Shown in pieces: positions 15,571-24,318 of a stretch of 32,000 nt of DNA; positions within the stretch are counted from its first letter, which is position 1; the number at the start of each line of letters is the position of its first letter. The DNA lies in NCBI GenBank assembly GCA_016205145.1, contig JACQJH010000001.1, positions 60,001 to 92,000 on the forward strand. Direction: 5' to 3'. Made by a program: the position numbers and the translations under genes. The notes beneath the pieces are model-generated. The model was given only the letters and a program-made list of their open reading frames with translations, had not been told where the DNA came from and ran no database searches. The DNA comes from Candidatus Iainarchaeum sp. (GTDB taxonomy: Archaea; Iainarchaeota; Iainarchaeia; Iainarchaeales; JACQJH01).

Positions 15571-15894
15571 ATGTATAAGTACACTATTGCGAGACAGTTG
15601 GCCACTAAAAGGGTCATCACCAATAGGGGCGAAGAGGTCGGCAAGCTGATTGACCTGCTTATCGACGAGCGCAGCGGAGACATAGAGCATTTGCTCATAG
15701 AGGTTGACAGGGGCAGCAAATTCGTCAAGAAAATCGGGAAAGAAGACAGGATAATAGAAATCCCGTATTCGGCTGTCACGGCTGTGAGCGATGTTTTCAT
15801 TGTCGACGAGCGCGAAGTCACAGGCCAGGGCGAGCATGCTCCGGTGCATCCGCACGCGCACCCGTTGGCGCAGCAGACAAGACGCAGGATTTAA
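15571..15894 (+). CDS. PRC-barrel domain protein
   Basis: 107 aa. The GEEVGKLIDLLIDERSGDIEHLLIEV...IPYSAV pattern is typical of PRC barrels. His/Pro-rich tail. Confidence 0.7.
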   Translation: MYKYTIARQLATKRVITNRGEEVGKLIDLLIDERSGDIEHLLIEVDRGSKFVKKIGKEDRIIEIPYSAVTAVSDVFIVDEREVTGQGEHAPVHPHAHPLAQQTRRRI

Positions 15895-15948
15895 GCAAAT
15901 CCAATTCGACATAATTTTTTTGCCTGCTGGGACGTTTAGCTAACGCAA

Positions 15949-17115
15949 TTAGATTTCGATCTCGACAGTCTTTTCCTTCAGGCTGATGTCCTTCACAGCC
16001 AGCGGCAATGATTTGGCACTATACATAATTTCCTCTTTTGTTTTGCCGCCTTCAACAAGCCTTTTCAATAACTCAACTTCTTCACTCAATTTCGTGAAAT
16101 TTTCGTAGATGGCTTCGCCTTTCTTCCGGTTCTCTTCAGCCTCTTCTTCCAGCCTTTTTTTCGCTTCCCCCTGCTCGCCGAGAGAGTGTTTCAGGGCAAG
16201 TATTTCGCGCTCCAGCTTTACTTTTTCCCCGGAAATCCTGCCTTTTTCCTGTCCTGCAAAGGCCGCGATTATTTCGGCTTTTTTCGCCGGCACCTTGAGC
16301 GTATGCCTGCCGGTTGTGAGGCCTTCGGAAACAAGCGCCTTGTCCAGGAAACCGCTTATTGACTCGATTTTTTCGCATTCTTCTTCCGGTATGCCCGAAA
16401 TTTTGAACGGCAGAAGCACAATTTCTTCGCCTTTTTTCCTTGCAACCGGCGCGGCCTTTTTTGCGTCGACTGCAAAAATTTCCCTCGCCTTTTCAAGCAG
16501 GCCCTGTGCTTCCACGCCTTTTTGTGCCTCGTTTTTGCCTCCAAGCAGGGCTTCCGCCACGATCGGGGGAATGGCTGTCTGTTTCACCATTTCCGAAACA
16601 GGTTTTTCCGAGGAAACGATTTTCTGCATCTGTTCAAGGCTTATGTCTGCCGGGCCGGGCTTGGAAGCAGGATACTTGTAATCATAGCCTTTCCTGAGCG
16701 TCCTGTCCTTCCATTTTTCCGTGCGCTTTACGGCAATGATCTTGCCGTCCCCGTCCACAAGCAAAGCGTTGCCTTTTGCGAAAAACTCCAATACAAGCCT
16801 GCCGCCTTCAAAGCAGATTTCGGCAATCCTTTCAGTGCCATGCTGCCTCACTTCCGCTATTCTTTTGTTGTACAAGTGCTTTTTGAGCACAGCTGAAAAG
16901 CCTGAAGCATTGTGGATTGCCGGCAGGGAATAGTCTGTGAAAAACATGCAGCTGTCCGCTATGATGAGGCTTTTGCCGCCTTCTTTCGTGTGCACCCTGA
17001 TTTTGAGCCAGCCGTTCTGCAATTGCTGGACCTTGTTGACAAAGCTTCCTTCCAGGCCGGGCTTCAGCTCAAGCACGAGGTAAGCCATGGTAATGTTTGA
17101 CAGTTCAACGTTCAT
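15949..17115 (-). CDS. NFACT-N (RqcH/NEMF/FbpA-like) ribosome quality control protein, short form
   Basis: 388 aa. NFACT-N signature at the N-terminus (AYLVLELKPGLEGSFVNKVQQ...WLKIRVH...), then a coiled coil. No NFACT-R-type C-terminal domain is visible. Confidence 0.8.
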   Translation of the reverse strand: MNVELSNITMAYLVLELKPGLEGSFVNKVQQLQNGWLKIRVHTKEGGKSLIIADSCMFFTDYSLPAIHNASGFSAVLKKHLYNKRIAEVRQHGTERIAEICFEGGRLVLEFFAKGNALLVDGDGKIIAVKRTEKWKDRTLRKGYDYKYPASKPGPADISLEQMQKIVSSEKPVSEMVKQTAIPPIVAEALLGGKNEAQKGVEAQGLLEKAREIFAVDAKKAAPVARKKGEEIVLLPFKISGIPEEECEKIESISGFLDKALVSEGLTTGRHTLKVPAKKAEIIAAFAGQEKGRISGEKVKLEREILALKHSLGEQGEAKKRLEEEAEENRKKGEAIYENFTKLSEEVELLKRLVEGGKTKEEIMYSAKSLPLAVKDISLKEKTVEIEI

Positions 17116-17179
17116 GCAGATTTTTTTGTCAAAACAGTAATTAAAGGTTGGTAGTCAGTGTTGCTAAAGGTTGGTTTTG

Positions 17180-17761
17180 TCAGCGTTGCGGCACTGGCCT
17201 GGTTTGCGGCTGTTTTAGCTTGTACTGTTCCTTTGCAACAAGCATTCTTTCATTGACAATGATTGCAATCTGCTGCAACTGCTGCCAGTTTGTTTGCGGG
17301 TCATGCACTGCCTGCCAGATTTTCCCGATTTCCTCTTCCTCGAACAGGCCGTGTTCCGCCAAAAAGAGCAGGTCCTTGAAAAGGCCTCTCCGCACCCTCT
17401 CAGTGCGTTGAACAACCTTATAACGTTCTTCGATGAATTTCTGCACTTCTTGGAATTGCGCCGGCGTTGCGTCTTCGCCACGCGTTTTCAGCATCTGTTC
17501 AAGATGTTCTTTTTCCTGCCTTGTGACCAGGCCCAAGCTTTCAAGCCTGCGGATTTCCTCAAACGCCCTTTGCGGCCCGTGCCTGCTGCCCGCCATTGGG
17601 CCATGCAAAGCCCAGTCGAGCCCGCGCTCTAAAAAGCCCTTTGCAAATGCTCCGGCCCGGCTGACGGCATTGCCGGTGTTTTCATCCCGTTCGGCTTCGT
17701 GGGCCTGCCTTTGAGAATAAGCTTCCGCCCGCGGGTTTCCCCGGATTCTTTGTTCCGGCAT
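17180..17761 (-). CDS. Hypothetical helical protein
   Basis: ORF 17770 (TTG) trimmed to ATG 17761. 193 aa with protein-like composition in the C-terminal two thirds. No family recognised. Confidence 0.5.
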   Translation of the reverse strand: MPEQRIRGNPRAEAYSQRQAHEAERDENTGNAVSRAGAFAKGFLERGLDWALHGPMAGSRHGPQRAFEEIRRLESLGLVTRQEKEHLEQMLKTRGEDATPAQFQEVQKFIEERYKVVQRTERVRRGLFKDLLFLAEHGLFEEEEIGKIWQAVHDPQTNWQQLQQIAIIVNERMLVAKEQYKLKQPQTRPVPQR

Positions 17762-17909
17762 ATGTGACAAATGTTATGGTTAAGGCTGTTAAAAAACCTT
17801 TATTGGCAGCCGCGGCAGAAAAACCTACAAAACTACAAAGTCTTAATAAAAGAAAAAGTTTCTTTCTAAATAGTAAATTTTCTTGATTTTCCTTAATTTT
17901 TCTGTCTTT

Positions 17910-18671
17910 TTATCTTTTGTAGTTCCAATCTTTTCCCGAAAACTTTTCCTTTGCGATTTTTTCCGCCAAAGCCATTTCGTTTTCAAGCAGTCCGCCTTCT
18001 TCCAGTTCAACGCCGAAGTTTTCTGCAAAGCCTTTTTGCATTGCCTTTTGGCATTCCGCAAAGCTGACGTTTTTGCCAAGCTCTTTTTCCACTGACGTTA
18101 CCCTCTGCTTCACGTCTTCTATGAGCTTGCCTTTCAGCTTTTCGTTCGGCACTTTCAGCAGGGAAAACATTTTTTCCACGTCAACTTTCAGCAAAACCGT
18201 TCCGTGCTGTAAAATGACCCCGTTCCTGCGCGTCTGCGCATTCCCGGAAATCTTTTTCCCATTAACCGCGATGTCGTTCAATGGCACGAACCGGCAGTTC
18301 AGGCCCAGTCCAGCCAGGCCCAGGACAACGGCATTGCAGATTTTCGCGTAAGATTCAAGTATGTTCTGCGGCACAACGCCTTTTTCGGGCAGGGCAATGC
18401 TGTAAGTCAGTTCGTGCTCGTGGAATACCGCGCCCCCTCCCGTTACGCGCCTGACAACGCCAACGCCCTGTTTTTCGCACTGCGAAACGTCAACTTCTTC
18501 CGGCAGGCTCTGGAAATAGCCTATGCTTACTGCAGCCGGCTTCCAGGCATACAATCGCACGGTCGGAATTTTGTTTTCGGGCAGCAGGCGCATGATTGCT
18601 TCATCGGTGGCCATGTTGTGGAAAGCGGTGTTTTCATTGTCGAGGATAACTCTCCATTTTTTTCCGGACAT
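17910..18671 (-). CDS. lplA: Lipoate-protein ligase A, catalytic domain only
   Basis: ORF 18680 (GTG) trimmed to ATG 18671, one nt after the upstream stop and preceded by GGTGA. Motifs RRVTGGGAVFHEHELTYS and KISGNAQ. Confidence 0.88.
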   Translation of the reverse strand: MSGKKWRVILDNENTAFHNMATDEAIMRLLPENKIPTVRLYAWKPAAVSIGYFQSLPEEVDVSQCEKQGVGVVRRVTGGGAVFHEHELTYSIALPEKGVVPQNILESYAKICNAVVLGLAGLGLNCRFVPLNDIAVNGKKISGNAQTRRNGVILQHGTVLLKVDVEKMFSLLKVPNEKLKGKLIEDVKQRVTSVEKELGKNVSFAECQKAMQKGFAENFGVELEEGGLLENEMALAEKIAKEKFSGKDWNYKR

Positions 18672-18672
18672 T

Positions 18673-18969
18673 TTATTCACCGCCTTTCGCGTTTTCCGAA
18701 GCCATTTTTATGGCAAGCGCGATGCTTGCGGGGTCCGCGCCGAAAAACTGCAAATCGTTTTCTTTTACTGCCAGCGCGATAACGCTTTCCGCTTCCTCAA
18801 TGCTTTTGCCTTTCAGGTTTTTTTCAACCAGTTCAATCCCGTTTTCCGGGTGCAAAAAAAAGTCGCCCGTGATTTTCACGGAAATTATCCTGTTCGCAGC
18901 AGGCTCAAAATCCAGGAAGACTTTCAGCAGTTTGCCCTGCGGAACCTTGAAAACGGATTTGCCCTGCAC
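18673..18969 (-). CDS. lplB: Stand-alone LplA C-terminal accessory domain (LplB-like)
   Basis: 98 aa (KVPQGKLLKVFLDFE...ISVKITGDFFLHPE). It matches the C-terminal domain of single-chain LplA and sits immediately upstream of the catalytic-domain gene. Confidence 0.7.
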   Translation of the reverse strand: MQGKSVFKVPQGKLLKVFLDFEPAANRIISVKITGDFFLHPENGIELVEKNLKGKSIEEAESVIALAVKENDLQFFGADPASIALAIKMASENAKGGE

Positions 18970-18973
18970 AGCA

Positions 18974-20425
18974 TCACGCCTGTTTCCGCCATCTCAGCAC
19001 CGGCTCTTTTGCCGCCCTGACCGCGTCAAGCTTTTTCACCGGCAGGTTGTGGGGCGCGCTTTTAACGAAATCGGGTTTTTCCTGCGCGTCTCTTTTGATT
19101 TGCAGCATTGCCTCGACGAATTCGTCAAGGGTTTCCCTGCTTTCGGTTTCAGTCGGCTCGATCATGATTGCGCCGTGCACTATGAGGGGAAAGTAAATAG
19201 TGGGCGCGTGATAGCCCATGTCAAGAAGCATTTTCGCGACATCGCTTGTGGTTACGCCGTTCGGGAGTTTTTCGTCATTCAAAACGAATTCGTGCATGCA
19301 AATCCTGTCGTGTGGCAGGTTATACTCGTGTTTCAGTTTTTCCTTCAGATAGTTTGCGTTCAGCACGGCTGTTTCGCCTGCCCTGCGCATTCCTTTTGCG
19401 CCCAATGCGCGTATGTAGGTGTAGGCGCGCACCATCATCCCGAAGTTCCCGTAAAACGATTTCACCTTGCCAATGGATTTGGGCAGGTTGTGGTTCAAAT
19501 GGTGAACGCCGTTTTTTTCCTCGACCATCGGAGTGGGCAAAAATTCGACCAAATGCTTTTTCACTCCCACCGGCCCGCAGCCCGGCCCTCCTCCACCATG
19601 CGGAGTCGAAAAAGATTTGTGCAGGTTAAGGTGCATGACATCGAATCCGAGTTCGCCCGGCCTGCAGATTCCAAGCAATGCGTTCATGTTCGCGCCGTCC
19701 ATGTAGACGAGGCCGCCTTTTTCGTGCACGATTTCGCAAATCTTAACAATGTCTTTTTCGAACAGGCCGAGGGTGTTCGGGTTTGTAATCATTATGCCTG
19801 CAACTTCTTCGGACATTTTTTCTTTCAGCACGGAGAGGTCAATCATTCCTTCCGCATTCGATTTGATTTCTTCGGCAATGAAGCCGCATTGCGTCACTGA
19901 AGCCGGGTTTGTGCCGTGGCTTGAATCCGGAATCAGGATTTTCCTTCTCTTTGCGCCTTCGCCCCTGCTTTCATGGTATGCCCTTACAATGCGAATGCCC
20001 GTGAATTCGCCGCATGCCCCTGCAGGCGGCTGAAGTGAAAACCTTTCGAAACCGCAGATTTCGCACAGCATTTTTTCAAGTTCAAACATGAGTTTGAGCG
20101 CGCCCTGCGTCGTGATTTCCGGCTGCAATGGATGAAGTTGCGCGAAGCCCGGAAGCTTTGCCATTTCCTCGTTGACTTTCGGATTGTATTTCATTGTGCA
20201 GCTTCCCAACGGATAGAATCCGTTGTCGACCCCGTAATTGCGCCTGCTCAAACCCGTGTAATGCCTTACAACCTCGATTTCGCTCAGTTCCGGCAGTTCC
20301 GCAGGTTTTTCGCGCAGGAATTCTTTCGGAACAAGGCCTTCAACGCCAATGCTTTCATCCGCGGCTGGCTTGGGCAGTTCAACGCCTCTCTTGCCTTCCA
20401 CGCTTTTTTCAAAAACCGTTTTCAT
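18974..20425 (-). CDS. gcvPB: Glycine dehydrogenase (decarboxylating), subunit 2
   Basis: 483 aa. PLP-lysine region HLNLHKSFSTPHGGGGPG. 4-nt overlap with gcvPA. Confidence 0.95.
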   Translation of the reverse strand: MKTVFEKSVEGKRGVELPKPAADESIGVEGLVPKEFLREKPAELPELSEIEVVRHYTGLSRRNYGVDNGFYPLGSCTMKYNPKVNEEMAKLPGFAQLHPLQPEITTQGALKLMFELEKMLCEICGFERFSLQPPAGACGEFTGIRIVRAYHESRGEGAKRRKILIPDSSHGTNPASVTQCGFIAEEIKSNAEGMIDLSVLKEKMSEEVAGIMITNPNTLGLFEKDIVKICEIVHEKGGLVYMDGANMNALLGICRPGELGFDVMHLNLHKSFSTPHGGGGPGCGPVGVKKHLVEFLPTPMVEEKNGVHHLNHNLPKSIGKVKSFYGNFGMMVRAYTYIRALGAKGMRRAGETAVLNANYLKEKLKHEYNLPHDRICMHEFVLNDEKLPNGVTTSDVAKMLLDMGYHAPTIYFPLIVHGAIMIEPTETESRETLDEFVEAMLQIKRDAQEKPDFVKSAPHNLPVKKLDAVRAAKEPVLRWRKQA

Positions 20426-21768
20426 GCGAATTTCACTTCCGCCAGGGCCTTTGCCAGCGCGTCAATCTCCGCTTTGGAATTCATTTCGGTTGCGCACACA
20501 AGCAAATGGTTTTTGAATTCGGGATAATATTTTCCAAGGTTAATGCCCGCAAGAATGCCTTTCTTTTCCAGTTCAAACAATGACTTTTCCGCGTCCGGGC
20601 ATTTTACGACAAACTCGTTGAAGAACGGCGCCCTAAACGCCAATTCAAACCCGCGCACTCCGCCAATCTTCTTTGCCGCGTAATGCGCGTTTTTCAGATT
20701 CAGTTCTGCCAGTTCCTGCAGTCCTTTTTTGCCCAGCAATGACAGGTGAATCGTTGCCGCGAGAGCGCATAATGCCTGGTTCGTGCAGATGTTTGAAGTT
20801 GCCTTCTCCCTGCGGATGTGCTGTTCGCGGGCCTGCAAAGTGAGAATGAATCCCTCTTTTCCTTCGGTGTCAATGGTTTTCCCGCAGATCCTGCCGGGAA
20901 GCCTCCTGACAAATTCCATTTTGGTTGCAATCATGCCGACGTATGGCCCGCCGAAGCTCATCGGAATGCCGAAGCTCTGGCCTTCCCCGCAGACGATGTC
21001 AGCGTTGCATTCTCCCGGCGCCTTCAGCATGCCCAGTGAAACCGGTTCGGAAACGCTTACAGCGAACAACGCGCCTTTCGCGTGCACGATTTTTTCAATC
21101 GCCTTCAAATCCTCAACACAGCCGAAAAAATTCGGGTTCTGCACCAGGACAGTGGCAGTGTTTTCATTCACTTTTTTTTCAAGTTCAGAAATGCCTGTCG
21201 TTCCGCCTTCAAAGTCCGCTTCAACCAGTTTTATGTTGTGCGCGCCCGCATAGGTTTTCGCGATTGCAAGATGGTCGGGGTTGATTGCCTTGGAATAAAC
21301 AACTTCTTTGCGCCCGGTCTGGTAGACGCCCATCATCATCGCCTCTGCAAGTGCGGAACCCCCGTCGTAAAGCGATGCGTTCGCAACATCCATTCCGAAC
21401 AGTTCGCAGACCATTGTCTGGTATTCGAAGATTGCCTGCAGCATGCCCTGGCTTATTTCGGGCTGGTATGGCGTGTAAGCGGTGTAAAATTCGGCCCTTC
21501 CCGCAAGGTGCCAGACAGCGCTTGGAATGAAATGGTTGTAGCAACCCGCACCCAAAAAGCCTGAAACCTTTCCGATGTGATGGTTTTGTTCGGCCAACGA
21601 CCGGACATGCGAGACAAGGTCCTGTTCGGGCATGCCATCGGGCAGTTTGAGTTTTTCTTTGAGCAGTTTGTCTTGCGGAATGTCTTTGAACAGGCCTTCA
21701 ACAGAGGAAACGCCTGCAACGCGCAGCATTTCCTTTGCCTGCTTTTCCGTGTGCGGAACGAAGTCCAA
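20422..21768 (-). CDS. gcvPA: Glycine dehydrogenase (decarboxylating), subunit 1
   Basis: 448 aa. Typical P-protein N-terminal subunit sequence (YTPYQPEISQGMLQAIFEYQTMV). Confidence 0.95.
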   Translation of the reverse strand: MDFVPHTEKQAKEMLRVAGVSSVEGLFKDIPQDKLLKEKLKLPDGMPEQDLVSHVRSLAEQNHHIGKVSGFLGAGCYNHFIPSAVWHLAGRAEFYTAYTPYQPEISQGMLQAIFEYQTMVCELFGMDVANASLYDGGSALAEAMMMGVYQTGRKEVVYSKAINPDHLAIAKTYAGAHNIKLVEADFEGGTTGISELEKKVNENTATVLVQNPNFFGCVEDLKAIEKIVHAKGALFAVSVSEPVSLGMLKAPGECNADIVCGEGQSFGIPMSFGGPYVGMIATKMEFVRRLPGRICGKTIDTEGKEGFILTLQAREQHIRREKATSNICTNQALCALAATIHLSLLGKKGLQELAELNLKNAHYAAKKIGGVRGFELAFRAPFFNEFVVKCPDAEKSLFELEKKGILAGINLGKYYPEFKNHLLVCATEMNSKAEIDALAKALAEVKFA

Positions 21769-21830
21769 TGCAACCCCACCAAAAATAATTTAAAAAAATA
21801 AAATTGCCTTGGCAAAATTCTCTTCGCTGT

Positions 21831-22229
21831 TCAGTGCGCCTGCTCTGCCAAATATTTTTTGTACGCCTGCGCATCCATGAGCTTGCCCAATTCGCTTGCA
21901 TCCCTGACCTTGATTTTGAACAGCCAGCCTTCGCCGTAAGGGTCCCTGTTGATGATGCCGGAATCCTTTCCGGCTTTTTCGTTCACTTCGACGATTTCGC
22001 CTGAAACCGGCGCGAAAACGTCTGAAACGCTTTTCACGGATTCGACGACCATCGCTGTCTTGCCCTGCTCGACCTGCCTGCCTTTCTGCGGCAGTTCCGC
22101 GAAAACTATGTCTGTGAGGGAATGCTGCGCGAAATCGGTTATTCCGATAATGCCGAGGCTTCCCTCGACCTTAACCCACTCGTGGTCCTTGGTGTATTTC
22201 AATCCGTCCAAAACCTTGCTGTCCGACAC
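21831..22229 (-). CDS. gcvH: Glycine cleavage system H protein
   Basis: 132 aa. Lipoyl-lysine motif VESVKSVSD. GTG start preceded by GGTGAGG. Confidence 0.93.
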   Translation of the reverse strand: MSDSKVLDGLKYTKDHEWVKVEGSLGIIGITDFAQHSLTDIVFAELPQKGRQVEQGKTAMVVESVKSVSDVFAPVSGEIVEVNEKAGKDSGIINRDPYGEGWLFKIKVRDASELGKLMDAQAYKKYLAEQAH

Positions 22230-22248
22230 AACCTCACCTTTTTTTCGT

Positions 22249-23352
22249 TCAACTTTTCTTGTAAAAAGGTATTTTAACGGTTTTCGCAGGCAAAAACCTG
22301 TCCCTCACCTTGATCTTGAACTCCGAGCCTTCCGCAGCGAACTCTTCCGGCACGTAAGCCAGGCCGATGTTTTTCTTCAGTGTCGGTGAAAGCGTGCCGG
22401 ATGTGACAACGCCGATTTTTTCTTTTTCATCCTTGCCGTAGACTTCGTAGCCGTGCCTTGCGATTCCGCCGGAAACCTCAAAGCCTACAAGAACTTCGGC
22501 AAGGCCGTTTTCCTTCTGCGCAAGAAGCGCTTCCTTTCCGACAAAGCCCTTGTTGAATGAAACGAACTTTGAATAGACGTTCTGCAGGGGCGTATGCGCT
22601 TCGTCGATGTCGTTGCCGTAAAGCATGAAAGCGCATTCCAGCCGCAGGGTATCCCGGCAGCCGAGGCCGCATGGCTTCAGGCTGAATTCTTTTCCCGCCT
22701 GCCAGGCCGCGTTCCACATTTCTTGCGCCCTGTTCCAGGGAAAATAAACTTCAAATCCGTCTTCGCCCGTGTAGCCGGAGCGTGAAATGATTGAATCGAG
22801 GCCAGCAACCTTGCCTTCCGTGCCGTGGTAAAACTTTATTGCGTCGAGGTCAATGTCCGTGAGCTTTTTTGTCAATGCATTCGCGTTCGGCCCCTGCACG
22901 TCAAGCTTTGCCGTCTGCATTGAAATGTTTTCCAGTTTAACCTTTGCGTTCATTTCTTTTTTCTGCTTTTCAAACCAGGCGAAGTCTTTCGGCATTGTTC
23001 CCGCATTCACGACGAAAAAGTATTTCTGCTCGCCAAGCCTGTAAACCGTGAGGTCGTCGATGATGCCGCCCTGCTCGTTGCACATGACGGTTATTTTCAT
23101 CTGCCCAAGCTTTTGGCCGGCAATGTCCCTCGTCACAATGCGCTGGATGAGGGCTTCCGCGTCAGGGCCTTCCATCATGAATTCGCCCATGTGCGAAACA
23201 TCGAACAGGCCGACGTTGTTGCGCACGGCATTGTGCTCGTCCATCAGGGTTGAATAGTATACGGGCAGTTCCCACCCGCCGAATTCGACCATCACGCCGT
23301 TCAAGGCTTTGTGCTGTTCGAAAAAAGGAGTCTTCAAACCCATTAGTGTCAT
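22249..23352 (-). CDS. gcvT: Aminomethyltransferase (glycine cleavage T protein)
   Basis: 367 aa. N-terminus KTPFFEQHKALNGVMVEFGGWELPVYY and overall T-protein similarity. Confidence 0.95.
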   Translation of the reverse strand: MTLMGLKTPFFEQHKALNGVMVEFGGWELPVYYSTLMDEHNAVRNNVGLFDVSHMGEFMMEGPDAEALIQRIVTRDIAGQKLGQMKITVMCNEQGGIIDDLTVYRLGEQKYFFVVNAGTMPKDFAWFEKQKKEMNAKVKLENISMQTAKLDVQGPNANALTKKLTDIDLDAIKFYHGTEGKVAGLDSIISRSGYTGEDGFEVYFPWNRAQEMWNAAWQAGKEFSLKPCGLGCRDTLRLECAFMLYGNDIDEAHTPLQNVYSKFVSFNKGFVGKEALLAQKENGLAEVLVGFEVSGGIARHGYEVYGKDEKEKIGVVTSGTLSPTLKKNIGLAYVPEEFAAEGSEFKIKVRDRFLPAKTVKIPFYKKS

Positions 23353-23371
23353 AGCATACTGTCCGCAAAAT

Positions 23372-23382
23372 CATTAAAAATT
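23372..23382. promoter_or_regulatory. Single AT-rich TATA-like element (CATTAAAAATT) shared by the divergent gcvT and lipA operons
   Basis: The box centre lies about 25 nt from ATG 23352 (-) and about 27 nt from ATG 23404 (+). The whole spacer is only 51 nt. Confidence 0.4.
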
Positions 23383-23403
23383 GCTTTTCTCCCAAATAGC
23401 TGC

Positions 23404-24318
23404 ATGGAATTGCCGGTATTGCAGCAGAGGAAACCGGATTGGCTGAAGGTGAAACTGCCAAAGGGAACTGATTTGCACAAGTTTGCGCGTGTGCGGCAGA
23501 CTCTTGAACAAAACGGCTTGCACACGATCTGCGAGGAAGGCAGATGCCCGAACATCCACGAATGCTGGTCCGGCGGAACAGCAACTTTTCTTGCGATGGG
23601 TGACGTGTGCACGCGCGGCTGCAGGTTCTGCAGCGTGAAAACTGCTGCAAGGGGCATTGCATTGGACGAACGAGAGCCTGACAAAATCGCGCTCGCCGTA
23701 AAGGACTGGGGCCTGAAATGCGTTGTCATAACCTCTGTTGACAGGGACGATTTGCCGGACCAGGGCAGTGCGCACTTCGCAAAAATCATCCGCGCAGTGA
23801 AACAGGAATCGCCTGAAACCATTGTCGAAGTGCTCATTCCGGATTTCCGCGCGGACATCGATTGCCTGACACGAATCGTTGACGCAAAGCCCGATGTAAT
23901 TTCGCACAACATTGAAGTCGTGGAACGCCTGCAGTTCAAGGCGCGCGACGCAAGGGCAAACTACAGGAATTCGCTTGCGGTCCTGGAAAACGTGAAAAAG
24001 CTTGATTCGAAAATTTTCACAAAATCCTCGCTTATGGTTGGGCTGGGCGAAACGTTCGAGGAAATGCTCGGGGCAATGGATGATTTGCGGAATGCGCAGG
24101 TCGATTTTCTGACAATCGGCCAGTACTTGCAGCCGACGCGAAAGCAATTGGCGGTTGAGGAGTTCGTTCCGCCTGAACGGTTTGAACAATGGAAGCGCGT
24201 GGGCGAGCAAAAAGGCTTTTTGTACGTTGCGTCCGGTCCTTTCGTGCGCAGTTCCTACAAGGCAGGCGAACTTTTCATTGAAAGCGTCGTAAAAGCTGGG
24301 CGTGATGCGTTTGGCTGA
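23404..24318 (+). CDS. lipA: Lipoyl synthase
   Basis: 304 aa. Both cluster motifs are present: CEEGRCPNIHEC (Cx4Cx5C) and CTRGCRFC (Cx3Cx2C). Confidence 0.95.
   Translation: MELPVLQQRKPDWLKVKLPKGTDLHKFARVRQTLEQNGLHTICEEGRCPNIHECWSGGTATFLAMGDVCTRGCRFCSVKTAARGIALDEREPDKIALAVKDWGLKCVVITSVDRDDLPDQGSAHFAKIIRAVKQESPETIVEVLIPDFRADIDCLTRIVDAKPDVISHNIEVVERLQFKARDARANYRNSLAVLENVKKLDSKIFTKSSLMVGLGETFEEMLGAMDDLRNAQVDFLTIGQYLQPTRKQLAVEEFVPPERFEQWKRVGEQKGFLYVASGPFVRSSYKAGELFIESVVKAGRDAFG

Noticed and set aside
18710-19900. 396-aa + strand ORF across lplB/gcvPB (similar cases: 14244..15233, 25804..26820, 2256..2960, 20783..21253)
   Set aside because: All are shadow ORFs opposite strongly recognisable enzymes, and their composition is atypical.
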